DNA of 64,000 nt, from positions 1 to 64,000 of the forward strand of contig CAVQNG010000004.1 of assembly GCA_963713825.1 (NCBI GenBank), read 5' to 3'. This document shows positions 1 through 11,887 of the stretch, in pieces. The stretch is from an uncultured Acidobacteriota bacterium. GTDB taxonomy: Bacteria > Acidobacteriota > Thermoanaerobaculia > Multivoradales > JAHEKO01. How positions within the stretch are numbered: the stretch's first letter is position 1; each line of letters begins with the position of its first letter. The notes beneath the pieces were generated by a model, which made no database searches, was not told the DNA's origin, and saw only the letters and a program-made list of their open reading frames with translations. The translations under genes were made by a program, and so were the position numbers.

Positions 1-1202
1 TCGGGCTTGGCTTCCTGACCAAGGGGCCCATGAACTTCCTTGTTCCGCTCAGCGCGGTCGTTCCCTACAGCATCTCGTTAGGGACCCGGCATAGGGTCTT
101 CGCGTGGCGCTGGCATTGTATCCCGGGCCTGGCGCTTGCCTTGGCTGTCGGGGGCTCATGGTTCGTTCTTCTGTTCAGGCAATATCCAGAACTGGTCGAC
201 TATTTCATCCGGTACGAGGTGATTGACCGCATCGCCAAGAATACGCACGACCGCGCCAAGCCTTTTTGGTACTACTCTGTTAATCTCCTCGTCGGGCTTC
301 TTCCCTGGTCACTGATGTTCCCAAGACTCTTAGGGCATTGGTGGGCTCACGGGAGAACCCGGGTGATCTCGACGGTGTGGCTGTTTGCTGTTTACCATCG
401 TGGGCGGTACTGCACCTGCGTGGTAGATCTGAGATGATCATCTTACCCGCTCCCCAGCCCGTGTTCGCCATGTTGTTCGCCTATCAATGGGAGCGATCGA
501 AGCGCCACTATACCATTGAGATTCGTGTGTTGTCCGCCGTGATGGCAACAGCGCTGGCCGGCATTCCTTTGGGTGCTCTTCTCGCCGAGAGGCACTACCA
601 ACAGCCGATACCCGTAGCTGGACGCTTCCTGGTGGTGCTTGTCGTGACCATCGCGGGTTGGCTCTGCGTGTACAGACTGGCCGGCATGGCCGTGTCTAAA
701 TCAAGGCAGCTGGTGGCGGTTTCCGCGATGATGCTGGCATCTATGCTTTTGCTGTTTTACCAGGCGGATACGTTGATGATCAGAAGCAATTCAAGCATTC
801 GCCCCATGGCGGAAGCCATCTTGAGGGAGCAGGCGTCCAAAGGAGGGTCCGATGTCTTCGTTTCCAGCGGCAGACATTACAGCCTGGAAGTCCACTCCTT
901 CAGCGGCTTCTGATCCGTACACGGGCTTGGTCGAGCTAGCCCTGCCCATTCCGGAGGATGCTCAATTCCGCTTTATTGAAGAGCCTTATGCCTACCTTAC
1001 CAACAACGTGGACCCCCGCTTACTGGTGGTAATCGACAGACGCCAAGAAGAAGCCGGACTGTTCAAAGACGGCTGGCTGACCTTGTACAAATACCATGGG
1101 CTCAGTCTGGTCAGGCGTGAAGGTGACCGAAGCTCCTTGCCTCCGGTGCTCCATGATGAAAGAAGACTTGGATATCTGAGTTGCTGCTGTGTGCCATCTT
1201 AG
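1..1202 (+). CDS. ArnT/PMT-family (GT39/GT83-like) membrane glycosyltransferase, 5'-partial, broken by frameshifts
   Basis: GLGFLTKGP motif at the window edge, then H-x-KPFWYY and hydrophobic helices, split over ORFs 30-437, 338-913 and 852-1202. Confidence 0.7.
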
Positions 1203-1516
1203 CTGGGCCGGCTGAATGCCCTCGGCCGTCAGTCCAACAGCGCCACTACGTCCATGATGACCTCCTGATGAAGCCAGAACCGTAACGCATTGACCCGCCG
1301 GCTGCGAGCGACAAACGGATGATCACAATGGGCGCCGGGGAACGGAAACGCCGCCGGGAGGGCCGGCACGCCCGCTCACGCCATAGCACGGGCCTCGGCC
1401 CGGACCTGCCGCCACTGGATATAGGGAAGGAACGCCGGAGGCATGTGACGGCACTCAACAACGGCGTTAGGGACACACCCTTTAAATCTTTGCAAGATCA
1501 TGGTAACTTTTTTTCA

Positions 1517-1550
1517 TTGCGTGATAGCGCATGATAGTATATGATCTCTC
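1517..1550 (+). promoter_or_regulatory. Sigma70-type promoter overlapped by three 10-bp-period direct repeats
   Basis: TTGCGT(1517-1522)-N17-TATGAT(1540-1545); repeats gTGATAGcgc / aTGATAGtat / aTGATCtctc at 1521-1550. Confidence 0.6.
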
Positions 1551-1579
1551 TTAGAACTTACGAGAGTACTGGAGGGGCG

Positions 1580-2060
1580 ATGAACCACGGCGATCAGGAA
1601 GACGACAGAATGAGGAGTCCGGGCCCTTCGGACCCTCACTGGTACACGATCGCGGAAGCGGTTGCAGTATCTTGATGTCGGCCAGCCCCGACCATATTCC
1701 GGTGGATGAAGCAGGGCGACATCTCATTGAACAAGATCGGGAAGGCGACCCGTTTCTCGAAAACAAATCTCGACGCCGATAGAGAAAGACGACCAGCGAA
1801 AATGAAGAACTTTCTTGCCTGTGCCGCACGGTCGCCGTCATCGTGCGGCCATAGCGAAATGGCCGAGGGGGAGCTGCAGGGCATCGGCAAGATGTATTTC
1901 CGCCGAAGAACACCGAAGTTCTGGATTCTCGAGGAGGCATTGGTTCCTACCCGCTGCCACGTATGTACGGCATGCGGTTACATGCAGATGCATGCCAAAA
2001 TCGAAAGCTGGCCGACTGATCCAACGCGAAGGGGAGGGTGTGGGCGATGACGGAGAGTAG
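1580..2060 (+). CDS. Excisionase-like (HTH_17/MerR-type) DNA-binding protein with C-terminal Cys-rich zinc-ribbon-like region; frameshifted
   Basis: Reconstructed WYTIAEA.QYLDVGQPTIFRWMKQGDISLNKIGKATRF, then ..CGH..RCHVCTACGYMQMHA; GGAGG upstream of ATG 1580. Confidence 0.6.
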
Positions 2061-2081
2061 GGAAGAAAAGGTGATGGAAAG

Positions 2082-3003
2082 ATGAAAGATGCTGATCGGA
2101 TTGAGGCCATCCAGCGGAACATCTGTCGTGTAATCCGGGGCAAGGACGAGGTGGTCCGGGTTCTGGTGGCGGCGTTGCTGGCCGGCGGGCACGTGCTGCT
2201 GGAAGACGTGCCCGGCGTGGGGACCTGCGTCGGCAAGGCGCTGGCCAAATCCGTATCGTCGGGCTGTTCCCGGATCCAGTTCACGCCCGATTTGCTTCCG
2301 GCCGACATCAGGCGGCAGGGATGATCTACCCCAAGACAGGCGAGTTCAACTTCGCGCGGGCCGATCTTCGCCAATGTCTGCTGGCCGACGAGATCAATCG
2401 CGCCTCGCCGCGGACTCAGTCGGCCCTGCTGGAGGCGATGAGCGAACGCCAGGTCTCGGTCGAGGACAAACACGTCCCTGCCCCGGCCGTTCATGGTGAT
2501 CGCCACGCAGAACCCGGTGGAATACCGGGGAACCTACCCTCTTCCGGAGGCCCAGCTTGATCGCTTTGCCGTGCGGCTGGAACTTGGCTATGGCGCGGAC
2601 GCCGAGTCGGAGATGGCCGTCGTCACCGACCAGCGCGAGCATCACCCCCTCAGCGACATCGACGCCGTTGTCACGACAGAGGACGTGTTGCTGTTGCAGG
2701 CACATGTGCGGGATGTGGCCGTGGAGGAGAGCGTATGCCGCGACATCGTCACACTCGTCCGGCAACGCGCGACGACGAGCGTGTCGCGCTGGCTGCCAGT
2801 CCCCGGGCCGCCCTCAACCCTCTACCCGATGAGCCAGGAGGCCCGTCGTCGACCGGCCGTATGTGACGCCGGACGACGTCAGGCTATGGCGCCGTCTGAC
2901 ATGGCCACACCGTTTTGCCCTGGATCTAAAATCGAAGCATGCCGGCGTGCACAGCCTGGCCGTTGTCAGGGATCTGCTCGAGCGGGTGCCCGTCCCGGCC
3001 TGA
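2082..3003 (+). CDS. moxR: MoxR-family AAA+ ATPase, frameshifted
   Basis: [72 protein letters not shown] across several frames. Confidence 0.9.
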
Positions 3004-3022
3004 GCAAAGGAGGTGATGCGGC

Positions 3023-4359
3023 GTGACTGACCCGTCACAGCGATGGCGTACCCGGTGGCGATGTGCGCTGGCCCGTTTCAAGGGCGGCCCGGATCACCTT
3101 GCCCGACGCGTCCACGGCGGACAAGCAGCCGATTGCTGACCGTTCTGGCGTTGCGCTGGTTACGCGCCTTCTCCGTATCACATTTCACGGCGCCGGGCGC
3201 CGTCCTCTTCTGCTATCATTCATGTTCGCCGTCTTTGTAATGGAGGCCGGACGATGGCGCCCCGGCCACCTGCCGCCATTGGCGATACTGGTTGTCTTCG
3301 TGGTCAACGCAGTCGTGGGCAGGATCTGCTTTCCCCGCCTGCGCATCGAACGGACCGTCCCCGGCAGCGTGATGGTGGGAGACACGCTCCCCGTCGATTA
3401 CCGGCTCTGCAATACCGGCCGCGTACCACTATGGAACCCCGACCTGGAAGCCCTACCGCTTCCTCGACCACATGACGTTTGTTGGCGACCGCCCTTCTCT
3501 CGACGCACTCCCGCCGGGAAAGGAGATCCACCTGCGAGTCGAAATCATTCCGCGGCGCCGCGGGCGCTACATGCTTGCCGTGCCACGCGTTGACTCCGCA
3601 TTTCCCTTCCAACTCTGGCGATGGGGATGCAATGGACAGGAGCGCGCAAGGTCGTCGTGTACCCCGCCTTCACACCCCTGCGTGATGTCGACATGTCATT
3701 TGGTCTCCGCTACCAGCCCGGTGGCGTTGCCCTCTCGTCCCATATCGGTGCATCAATGGAGTTCCTGTCATGCCGGGAATACCGCGACGGCGACGATCCC
3801 CGGCACCTGCACCCGCGCAGATCGGCCCGACTTGGGGTTCCGGTCGTTCGTGAGTTCCGCGAAGAGTACCTGTGTCGCACGGCCCTCGTGCTCGATACGT
3901 ACAGGCCCCGGCGTCGGATCGTCCCCACAATGTCCCATGAGGATCCCGTCCTGGAACGGCCATTTCGTTGTCTGCAGCGGTTGCTGATTACCTGGCCCGC
4001 AGTGAGTATCTGGTGGAGTTTTTCGCTGCCGGGCCCACGGTCTACCGCTTTGAGGCCGGACGCAGCCTGGCTTACTTCGAGGATATCCTGGATGTGCTGT
4101 CCTGCGTCGACGCCTGCCGCGTGGATCCGTTTGCGGAACTGTCTGCCGCGATCGAGATGAGAAGCTTCAGATGAGCAGTGCCATCCTGATTTTGCTCCAC
4201 TGGGATGCGGTGCGCGCCAACCTGGTCCGTGACCTGATGGACGCCGGCGTCGCCGTCAAAGCCGTTCTGCAGGACGGAAGAACGGCGGCAGATATGCCGG
4301 ATTTCGTCCAGCATGTAACCCGGGCGGATATCCAGGATGGAAAGTGCACCAGTATCTAG
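3023..4359 (+). CDS. DUF58 domain protein (MoxR partner), frameshifted
   Basis: [32 protein letters not shown] motif; PRRRGRY; located directly after moxR. Confidence 0.8.
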
Positions 4360-4368
4360 GAACTGAAG

Positions 4369-6461
4369 ATGTGGATTGATCGTCAACCAGAGCCCAGAAC
4401 ATGGCGGAAACGCCTGCTGGCAGCTTCCCTGCTGGTCTGTGGGGCCGTCGGCCTGGCAGCGATGCTGCTGGCAGGCGTCCTATGGTTTGCATTGCCGGTC
4501 GTCACTCCTGCCTCCTGCTGCCACGCCCTCTTGTTTACGTAAGATTGCGTGCCATATTGCTTGTGTTTGCCGCTGTGATCGCGTTCCTCATCATCCAGGC
4601 CCTGGCCCCGGCCTCGCAGTTTCAGCCCGAGCTTCTGGGGCAGCTTGACGTCGTTTGCCACATCCTTCTGTCCATCGGGGCCGTGGCGGCGCTCCACTCC
4701 TTCACAACGCTCAACACCTTGCTGCTCGTGGGAGTCGTCGTACGGCATGATCGTCCCGAGCGGCCTTGCCGGATGGCACTGGGGGGCGACGATGACGCTT
4801 CAGCATCGTGACCGGGACATACGTGCTGGTCCTGATCGCCTTCCCTGCACAGCATGCGCCGTCCTCGCCGTCTGGGTCGAACGGGGAGACGGCTCCGCAT
4901 TGTCCACCTGGCGCTTGGGACCGCCGTCATCATCATTTCCGTCGACCCTTCCGTTTGTACGGGATGGCGCGTTCACGCTGTACGGCCGCATGGTCTCAGC
5001 ATCGATGTTCATGCTGCGTGATGTCGTGGCGATGCGCAGCAGTCGTGTGCTGGATCTGTACCAGGTTGTGCCCAAGGATTTGGACAGCGTTCGGCCGTGT
5101 TGCTTCGCGTCGTGTCTGACGAGCTGCCGGGGTATCTGCGGGGAACGGTTACGATACGTACCGGAAGCCGCTGGTTCCGGGGTCTGTATTCATCCCCGTC
5201 CCGGGACATTCCGTGAACAGCAAGCTGAAGCGATTCCCTGTTGCCGCCTCCGGCGAGGTCGGTGCCACCCCGTCGTGTCGCACAATGACCATCCATCGCG
5301 CGCCTGGTTCTTCCCTTGACGTACTCCACCTGCCGGCGCAGACGGAAGAGCTGACCGTTCCGCTTGCCTCGTTACGTCGCGACGTCCATGGCACCGCGCT
5401 GCCGGGACACCGCCTGGCAAAGCCCTGCCGGTCCTACAGCCTGACCTATACGGCCGGGGCTGCTGGCGGCAAACCAGTCATCCTCGGACAGCGTCCCGGC
5501 TGACTGCCTCGACCTCCCGGAAGCCCTGAGCACGAACCTGCAACAAATCGCGGAGCCGATCTTCCGCCGGAACGGATGCAAGGCGGGACTAGGGAGCAAA
5601 ACTCCGGGCGTTGTCCGCGTTCTTCGCCGACAACTTCCGTTACGAGCTGGGTAGTTTCCATGTCTGGCGGACCGCGATCCCATTCTACAGTTTCTGCAGG
5701 ATGGTTGCCGCGGGCAACTGCCACATTCTTTGCATCCTCAACAGCGCTGCTGTTGAGAACGCAGGGCATTCCAACCCGCGTGGTGTCCGGTTTCGTCTGC
5801 GCTGAGCGCCATCCCGGCGGCAACTACTGGGTGGCGCGTGAACGGACAGCACATGCCTGGGTCGAAGCGTTCGTCAGGGAAAGCGGCCAATGGGTGCTGG
5901 TAGACAACACACCCGAGGATGGCCTGACCTCAACGCGACTCTCAATGAAGCTGACGCGTCAGCCTTGATGGACAGCATACGTTTCTGGTCGCGCAATGCG
6001 TGGCGACGCTTTTTCAGCAGCTTCCGCCGGGGGAGATCATGGCCCTTGCCGCAAGGCAGATTGCGGCTTGGGTCGGACCGCTTATTCGGGAGCGCGCGCC
6101 GAATCATCGCTATCGCGTTGCTCCTTGCCGCATGCGTGTCTCCCTCCGGCTTAATTCACGCCGCAAGGCCATGCCGTCACCAGTCGCCGCGAGTCACGCC
6201 GCATGCCTCAGAGAATTCGATCGCTTGCTGCGGCGGATTGGTATTCGCAGGAGTCCCCGTCAAACCGTTCGCCGAGCCGTAGAGGATGCGGCGGACCTGC
6301 CGCCGCCACTGCGCGCCGAAACCCTCTCGGCCGTTTCGCGTTACGAGGACCTGCGCTACCGTCCGGGAGGGGGGACCAATGGTGCCGCCCAGGCGCTGAA
6401 GGGGGACATCAGACGTATTGGACGCGAGCAAGCGCCATGCACCGGCCGGGACGATCCGTGA
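4369..6461 (+). CDS. Membrane transglutaminase-like protein (TgpA type), heavily frameshifted
   Basis: GNC, LLRTQGIPTRVVSGF, AHAWVEAF, WVLVDNTP (Cys-His-Asp triad); N-terminal TM helices; C-terminal YEDLRY; third gene of the moxR-DUF58 operon. Confidence 0.75.
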
Positions 6462-6860
6462 CTTTGCCGCCGGGACGGCTCTCCAGAATATGCTAACCAG
6501 GAACTTGGCAGGTGCTTGCTTGGAGACGGCGGTTAGCGGGGGCTTCACCAGTAGCGCGGACCTCCTGGTCGGCGGTCTCCATGCAGCACCAGCCCGGTGC
6601 TCGGGATGTGCCTGCCTGGACTGTTGCCCCTTCTGTTCGTAAGCCTGTAACCTTCTCATCCATATCCGGTACCCGTTAAAAACATAACGTTAAAAAATTA
6701 ACAGAACCACTTGACCCCTCTTGTCGATGCCTGATATGTTCTACGACTTGTTGTCAGGCACGGGCTCCGATTCATGTACGGCCCACCGGACTGGCGTACG
6801 GCCCGGTGGCGTCTTGCCGTGGTGACTTGTTCCCGTGCCCGCAGAGGAAGGCGTTGAATA

Positions 6861-8010
6861 ATGCTGAAGACTAAACTATTCAGAGGATTTGCAGTCCTGA
6901 TCGTGCTGTTCAGTCTGCTGTCGGCCGTCGTGGGGGTATTCGCACACTCCGCAGTCGTGTTATGGAGGAGGCCCAGACCCGCGTGCGGCTGGACCTGACG
7001 CGCTCGCCACGTCCTCGATTCACACGTGGACGAGATCCGTAATATCGTCCGTCTCGTGGCCAGCAAGCAGCTCGTCCAGGATGCAGCCCGTACCGGCGAC
7101 TGGAGTTCCGAAGACCTTGATGGTCCGTCCGGAGCGTCTTCGTGCGACGTTCGGCTTTGATTTTCTTGCGTTCGTGAACGAGGAGGGCAAGGTCATGATG
7201 AGAAGTTCCCCTCCGCAATGGCGGGGGACTACCGGATCAGGGATCGCTTTGTGGAGGCCGCGCTCAGCGGCAAGATCAAGGCCGGGCTGTCGCTGATGAC
7301 GCGCGAAGAACTCGCCTTCGAGGCCGACGGATTGGGGATCGGGCGTTCTTCGAACTGCGTGAGACGCCCCACGCGCGGCGTACGGCGCGACAGATAGAGG
7401 ATCGAGGGATGGTCATGATTGCGGCAGCCCCGATACAGGCGGGCCCCGCGATTCACGGTGCCGTGTATGGCGGCATGCTCGTGAACCGGAATCACGACTC
7501 GCGGACGCCATCCATGACATCGTATACGACGAAGAGAAATACAAAGAGGGTGTGCCAATTGGGACAGCCACTATTTTCCTGGACGACACGCGTATCGCGA
7601 CCACGGTCAGGGGGCTGGATGGTAACCGCGCGTTGGCCGACTCGCGTTTCACGGGAGGTTGCCGACCAGGTGCTCGACAACGGGACGCCCTGGGTCGGTG
7701 AGGCCTTCGTGGTCAAGGAGTGGTACCTGACGGCCTATGAACCGATCCGTGACGGCGGCGACCAGATCATCGGCATGGTCTTATGCGTCCGGATCTGGAA
7801 CGCCCGTTCCAGGACTATACCCGCAACATTGCCATTCGTTACCTCATCATCACGCTGCTCGCGCTGCTGGTGGGTCTTGCGCTTGCTTTCTATATGGCCG
7901 GGCGGCTGTCCCAGCCCATCCACTGCCTCGTGGAGGCATCAAACCGCATGCAACGAGGCGAGAAGCCCGGGCCGGTAGCATATGCAACGGAACCAAGCAG
8001 GACATACCAA
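6861..8010 (+). CDS. Cache-domain/HAMP membrane sensor (probable histidine kinase), frameshifted and 3'-truncated
   Basis: MLKTKLFRGFAVLIVLFSLLSAVVG TM1; GTATIFLDDTRIATTV; GEAFVVKEWYLTAYEPIRD; TM2 followed by HAMP-like RLSQPIHCLVEASNRM; no kinase core before the junction. Confidence 0.7.
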
Positions 8011-9653
8011 TTGCTGTGGCGAGCCAGGAACGCAGGGTAGTGCCGTCGGTCTGGGTTACATGAGTAGTGGGGATCACGTGGGGCTCAGCGAAGATCTCGA
8101 CACCCTCGGTTGTATTGGCCACCACACAGCCGGAAGCGCCTCCGGCAGCCACGTTGACGCACTTCATGATGCGGAGAGAGTGCCTCGATCACAGAGAACG
8201 ATCTCACCGTTGGTCCAGGTGCCAGCAGGGAACGGATTGAGACACTGCTGCGGGTTGGGATCACCGTTGGAGAAACTCCCTGCATAAACGATGGTCGCCG
8301 GACCGTAGCCACCGGTGCGAATCGCGCCCTGGATATTCGGCGGAGGCAACACGCCACCGGACATGTCAGCCAGTTCATTGAACACTCCGACCCGATCGTC
8401 AGTGCTGGCCGCCACCGACATGACCCAGGGTCCCAAATGTGCGACGGTGGCAGGAGATCCACTGTTGCCGGCGCTGGCCGCCACAATGCCGCCAGGATAG
8501 AGACTGAGGAAACAGCTATCCGGGTCGCCGTCACTCCAAGGTGAAGTACCGCCCGAGATTGAGAAGTTGATGACATCGACGCCGTCCAGCAGGCCCTGGT
8601 CAACCGCAGCCGAGATTGCTCAGTTGGGACATGTACCACCAAAGCACGTATCGAAGGTGATCAGATTGGCGTGTGGCGCTACTCCTGAGATGGCTGGCAT
8701 TGTCAAGATGTTTCCCGCAGCCGTGGAGGCCGTGTGACTGCCGTGTCCGTGCGTATCTTCTGGCCCATCGGCTTCATCGCACTCTTGCGGATTGGCGGCG
8801 CAATAGGCATCGGCATAATCCCACGCTCCGATGAGTTTGTCGTTGCAGACGAAGCTGGGGTCGAAGTGGGGATTGGAGGGGTCACACCAGCCCAGGAAGA
8901 TTCCGGAGCCGTTGGGGTTGGTGTGGGTGAATCCGTCACCCCCTGTCGCAGCAAAAGAGGGGTGGTCCATATTGACACCGGTATCGATCACCCCGACCAC
9001 GATGCCCTCGCCTTTGGTGCCAGGAAGTCCTCCGGTGTTCACTCCGTCCCAGATTCCGGGCGCTCCGATCCAGGTGGGGCCACGATCCGTGTGGAGATAC
9101 TCGACAGAGTCTGGAACCACTCGCACAACCCCCGGCAGGCTCTCAATGAGCTTGCCTTCCGCCCGGCTCATCTTGACGGCGACACCGTTGGCTGTCGCTT
9201 TGTAGCGAAAGATCACTTCTACATTGCGTGACAGGGCCTGCTCGATGCTGGCGAGGTGGTATGCCTGGCGCTCGTCGAGGTAGCGCAGGTACTGTTGACT
9301 CCTTGGGCTTTTCGCGTTCAGCTTGCGTTCGCCTAGTGCAATTGGGCTGGTGGCCTCCAAACCCGGGATGTCGCCCATGTACCGCAACAGTGGCTCCTCT
9401 GCGAAGTAGACGATGGCAGATTCCCGAAGGGGACCTGCTTGCCGGTCTGGGGCTTGGGTACCTCGACTGGCCGGGGAGCGGGGTCGTCCGGTGCGACCTG
9501 ACGCTGGGAGGTAGGAGCCTCCGGCCCAGGCGCAACGAACCCTGCCCTGGTGCCAATCTGCGCCTGCAAACCGGTGGTCAGAATCAACGTCGTGACCGCC
9601 AAGCTCACGTAAAGGATTCGCCTACAACCCAAGACCAATTGGCGTGATTTCAT
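8010..9653 (-). CDS. Secreted S8 subtilase (I9 prodomain, PA domain), frameshifted and 3'-truncated
   Basis: Signal peptide; GEGIVVGVIDTG (Asp); HGHGSHTASTAAG (His); DVINFSISG; AASAGNSG; IVLCDRG (PA domain). The catalytic Ser region is missing. Confidence 0.85.
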
Positions 9654-9849
9654 AGCCCCGACTCCTTTCTGTTGGGCTCTTCCCCCTATGCGGTTGGTCT
9701 TCCTGTCCCTCGGCAGCTCGGCGGTCTTCTTCTAGGAGGAGGACCCGTGGCTCTGTGTCCCTGGCTTTGGCCAGGTTTACCCTTGTCGAGGTATTTACGA
9801 CGCTACTCCTGCCCAACTGAGATATCAAGGGTAAGAGAACCCGGGCCGG

Positions 9850-10323
9850 GCACGATGCCCTGGCCAACGGCAGGACGCTTCGTATTTTCACCTTGATCGA
9901 TGTCCACACGCGCGAGTGCTTGGCCTTGAGGCCGGTCACTGGATTCAGCGGAGCCTCGGTGGCGCAGGTCCTGGCCGACGTGGCGACCCATCGACCGCTG
10001 CCTACGAGGATTCTGGTAGACAACGGGACCGAGTTCACTTCGAAAGCGCTGGATGCCTGGGCCTACTGGAACAAGGTGAAACTTGATTTTTCGCGTCGGG
10101 GCAAGCCAGGCGACAATGCCCACATCGAGGCCTTCAACAGCCTGGTTCGGCGAGAGTGTCTTTCGCAACATTGGTTTACGACTCTCGAGGAGGCGCGTGG
10201 CATCCTTGAGACCTGGAAGGAGGAGTACAACAACGACCGGCCCCATGGGAGTCATCACCGCTCAGGACCGAAACCAGCCCGAAACTCGCACATCGGGTGG
10301 ATCAGAAAAGGGGTGAGCTGCCA
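9850..10323 (+). mobile_element. IS3-family remnant (integrase-core OrfB fragment and probable right end)
   Basis: HDALANGRTLRIFTLID, ILVDNGTEFTS, GKPGDNAHIEAFNS, WKEEYNNDRPHGS; probable right inverted repeat ending ..GGATCAGAAAAGGGGTGAGCTGCCA; no OrfA or left end. Confidence 0.85.
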
Positions 10324-10403
10324 TCAGGTTGACCCACCGTTCCGCTTGGGGTCAATCAGGGGGTCAGGCGAGGACCCGCGCCACTACTTGCTTGGGACTT
10401 TCC

Positions 10404-11861
10404 TCAGGCGAATTTGGAGTCCGCGGCGGTGACAATGGCCGCCAGCTCGGTGAGCATGTCCTCCGCGATGGGCTCGCAGCGGTGCTCGGCGATCGCCTGC
10501 CTGGCGATCTCGCGGGCGTTGCCGCGGGCGGTCGGCTTGCCCGCCGCTTCCCAGCCCTGATAGGTCTGCCGGTCGAGCAACTGCGGCTGCCAGACCTCTT
10601 GAAGTGACGCAGGGTGTGCGGCTGCCGAGGAAATCGCCGCCCGGACCCGCCAGGTCGATCGTCTCCAGCGCCAGGGTCTCGGGATTGATCTCGAAGCCGT
10701 TCAGCAGGCGCCGCGCGTAGCTGACGATCTCGTCGCAAACGACGATCATCTCCGAGCGAGCAGGTCAGCCCCGACTCGACGTAGCCGAGATCGTGCACCA
10801 GGTTGGCGCCGCTCAGGGCGGTCCACAGGATCCACAGGGTGCTCTCGATGGCCGCCTGCAGATCGGGAAGCTTCGAATCGGAGCAACCGGAGAACCCCCA
10901 CACCGGCAGGTCGTAGCGGTAGTGGGCCAGCTCGGCAATGGCCATGCAGTGATGCATGAACTCCGGGCTGGCGTAGGTGCCCAGCGCCGAGCGCATGTCC
11001 AGAGGACCCGAGCCCGAGCCGAAGAGGAAGGGAGTGCCCGGCTTCTTGAGCTGCGCGATCGCCAGTCCGCTGAGGACTTCGGCATTGGCCATGGCCAGGC
11101 TGCCCGCCGAGGTGATGGGCGCCGAAGCCCCCTCGACCGGTCCGGGAGCATAGACGAAGGGCAGGCCGTGATCGATCATCATCATCATCTTGCGCATCAC
11201 CACATCGGAGTGCTGCAGCGGCGAGGTCGGCTCGAGATAGGCGAAGAGAAAAGGCTTGAGCGCCAGCTCGTCGCGTCCGCCGGCGACCGTCTCGGCCATG
11301 GCGATGATGTCCGCCAGGCCGTGCTCGTCCCAGGCCGTGAAGACGATCGGCTTGGTGGTGTTCGCCATCATGGCGAGGAAAGACTTACGGTCGGAGGTGG
11401 CGGCGGGAACGTCCGAAGCCTGGGCCATCGACATGACGAACTCGACATTGGGCAGGGAATCGACCAGACGGGCCATCTGCCCCGACGTCGGTGAGCAGCG
11501 AGGGCCGCCGCTCGCCGGTCTCGAGATCGAGGGTGTTCGGCAGGTCGGAGCCAGTCCCGAAGTAGCTGCGATGAGCCTCGAGATACATGGCGGGCTCGCC
11601 TGTGCGACTGCACAGCACGATGCGCGACGGGGCTGTGGAGCAAGGCCTCCTCGATGACCGCGGGCGGGAATCTTGACGAGGTCGCCGTCGGTCACCACGC
11701 CAGCCGGCGGCCGCGAGCAGCTCCAGCGCCTCGGCGTCGTAGACGCGAACGCCGGTTCGACGGAGGATCTCCAAGGAGGCAAGGTGGATCTGCTCGAACT
11801 GAGAGTCGGACAACAGACGAAAACTCGAAGGATTGGGATTGACCTCATCTGCTCGCGCCAT
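10404..11861 (-). CDS. mttB: MttB-superfamily (non-pyrrolysine) corrinoid methyltransferase, paralog 1, frameshifted
   Basis: EQIHLASLEILRRTGV, GASAPITSAGSLAMANAEVLSG, GCSDSKLPDLQAAIE, GANLVHDLGYVESG; AAGGAG ribosome-binding site before ATG 11861. Confidence 0.88.
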
Positions 11862-11887
11862 GGCCACGATCTCCTTTCGAAAAGCGC

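Noticed and set aside
1403-1430. Cobalamin-riboswitch-like words GACCTGCC, GCCACTG and GGGAAGG
   Set aside because: The order is wrong (GACCTGCC should come last), the upstream core is not recognisable, and the downstream genes are not B12-related.
6504-6520. Sigma54-like TTGGCAGGTGCTTGCT
   Set aside because: The GG-to-GC spacing is 9 nt rather than the required 10, and no gene start follows closely.
7960-9849. GAGAA(G)CCCGGGCCGG at both ~7960 and ~9835, flanking the subtilase
   Set aside because: The match is short, GC-rich and imperfect, and the left copy is ~40 bp from the apparent junction inside coding sequence; it is not convincing as a target-site duplication or att pair.
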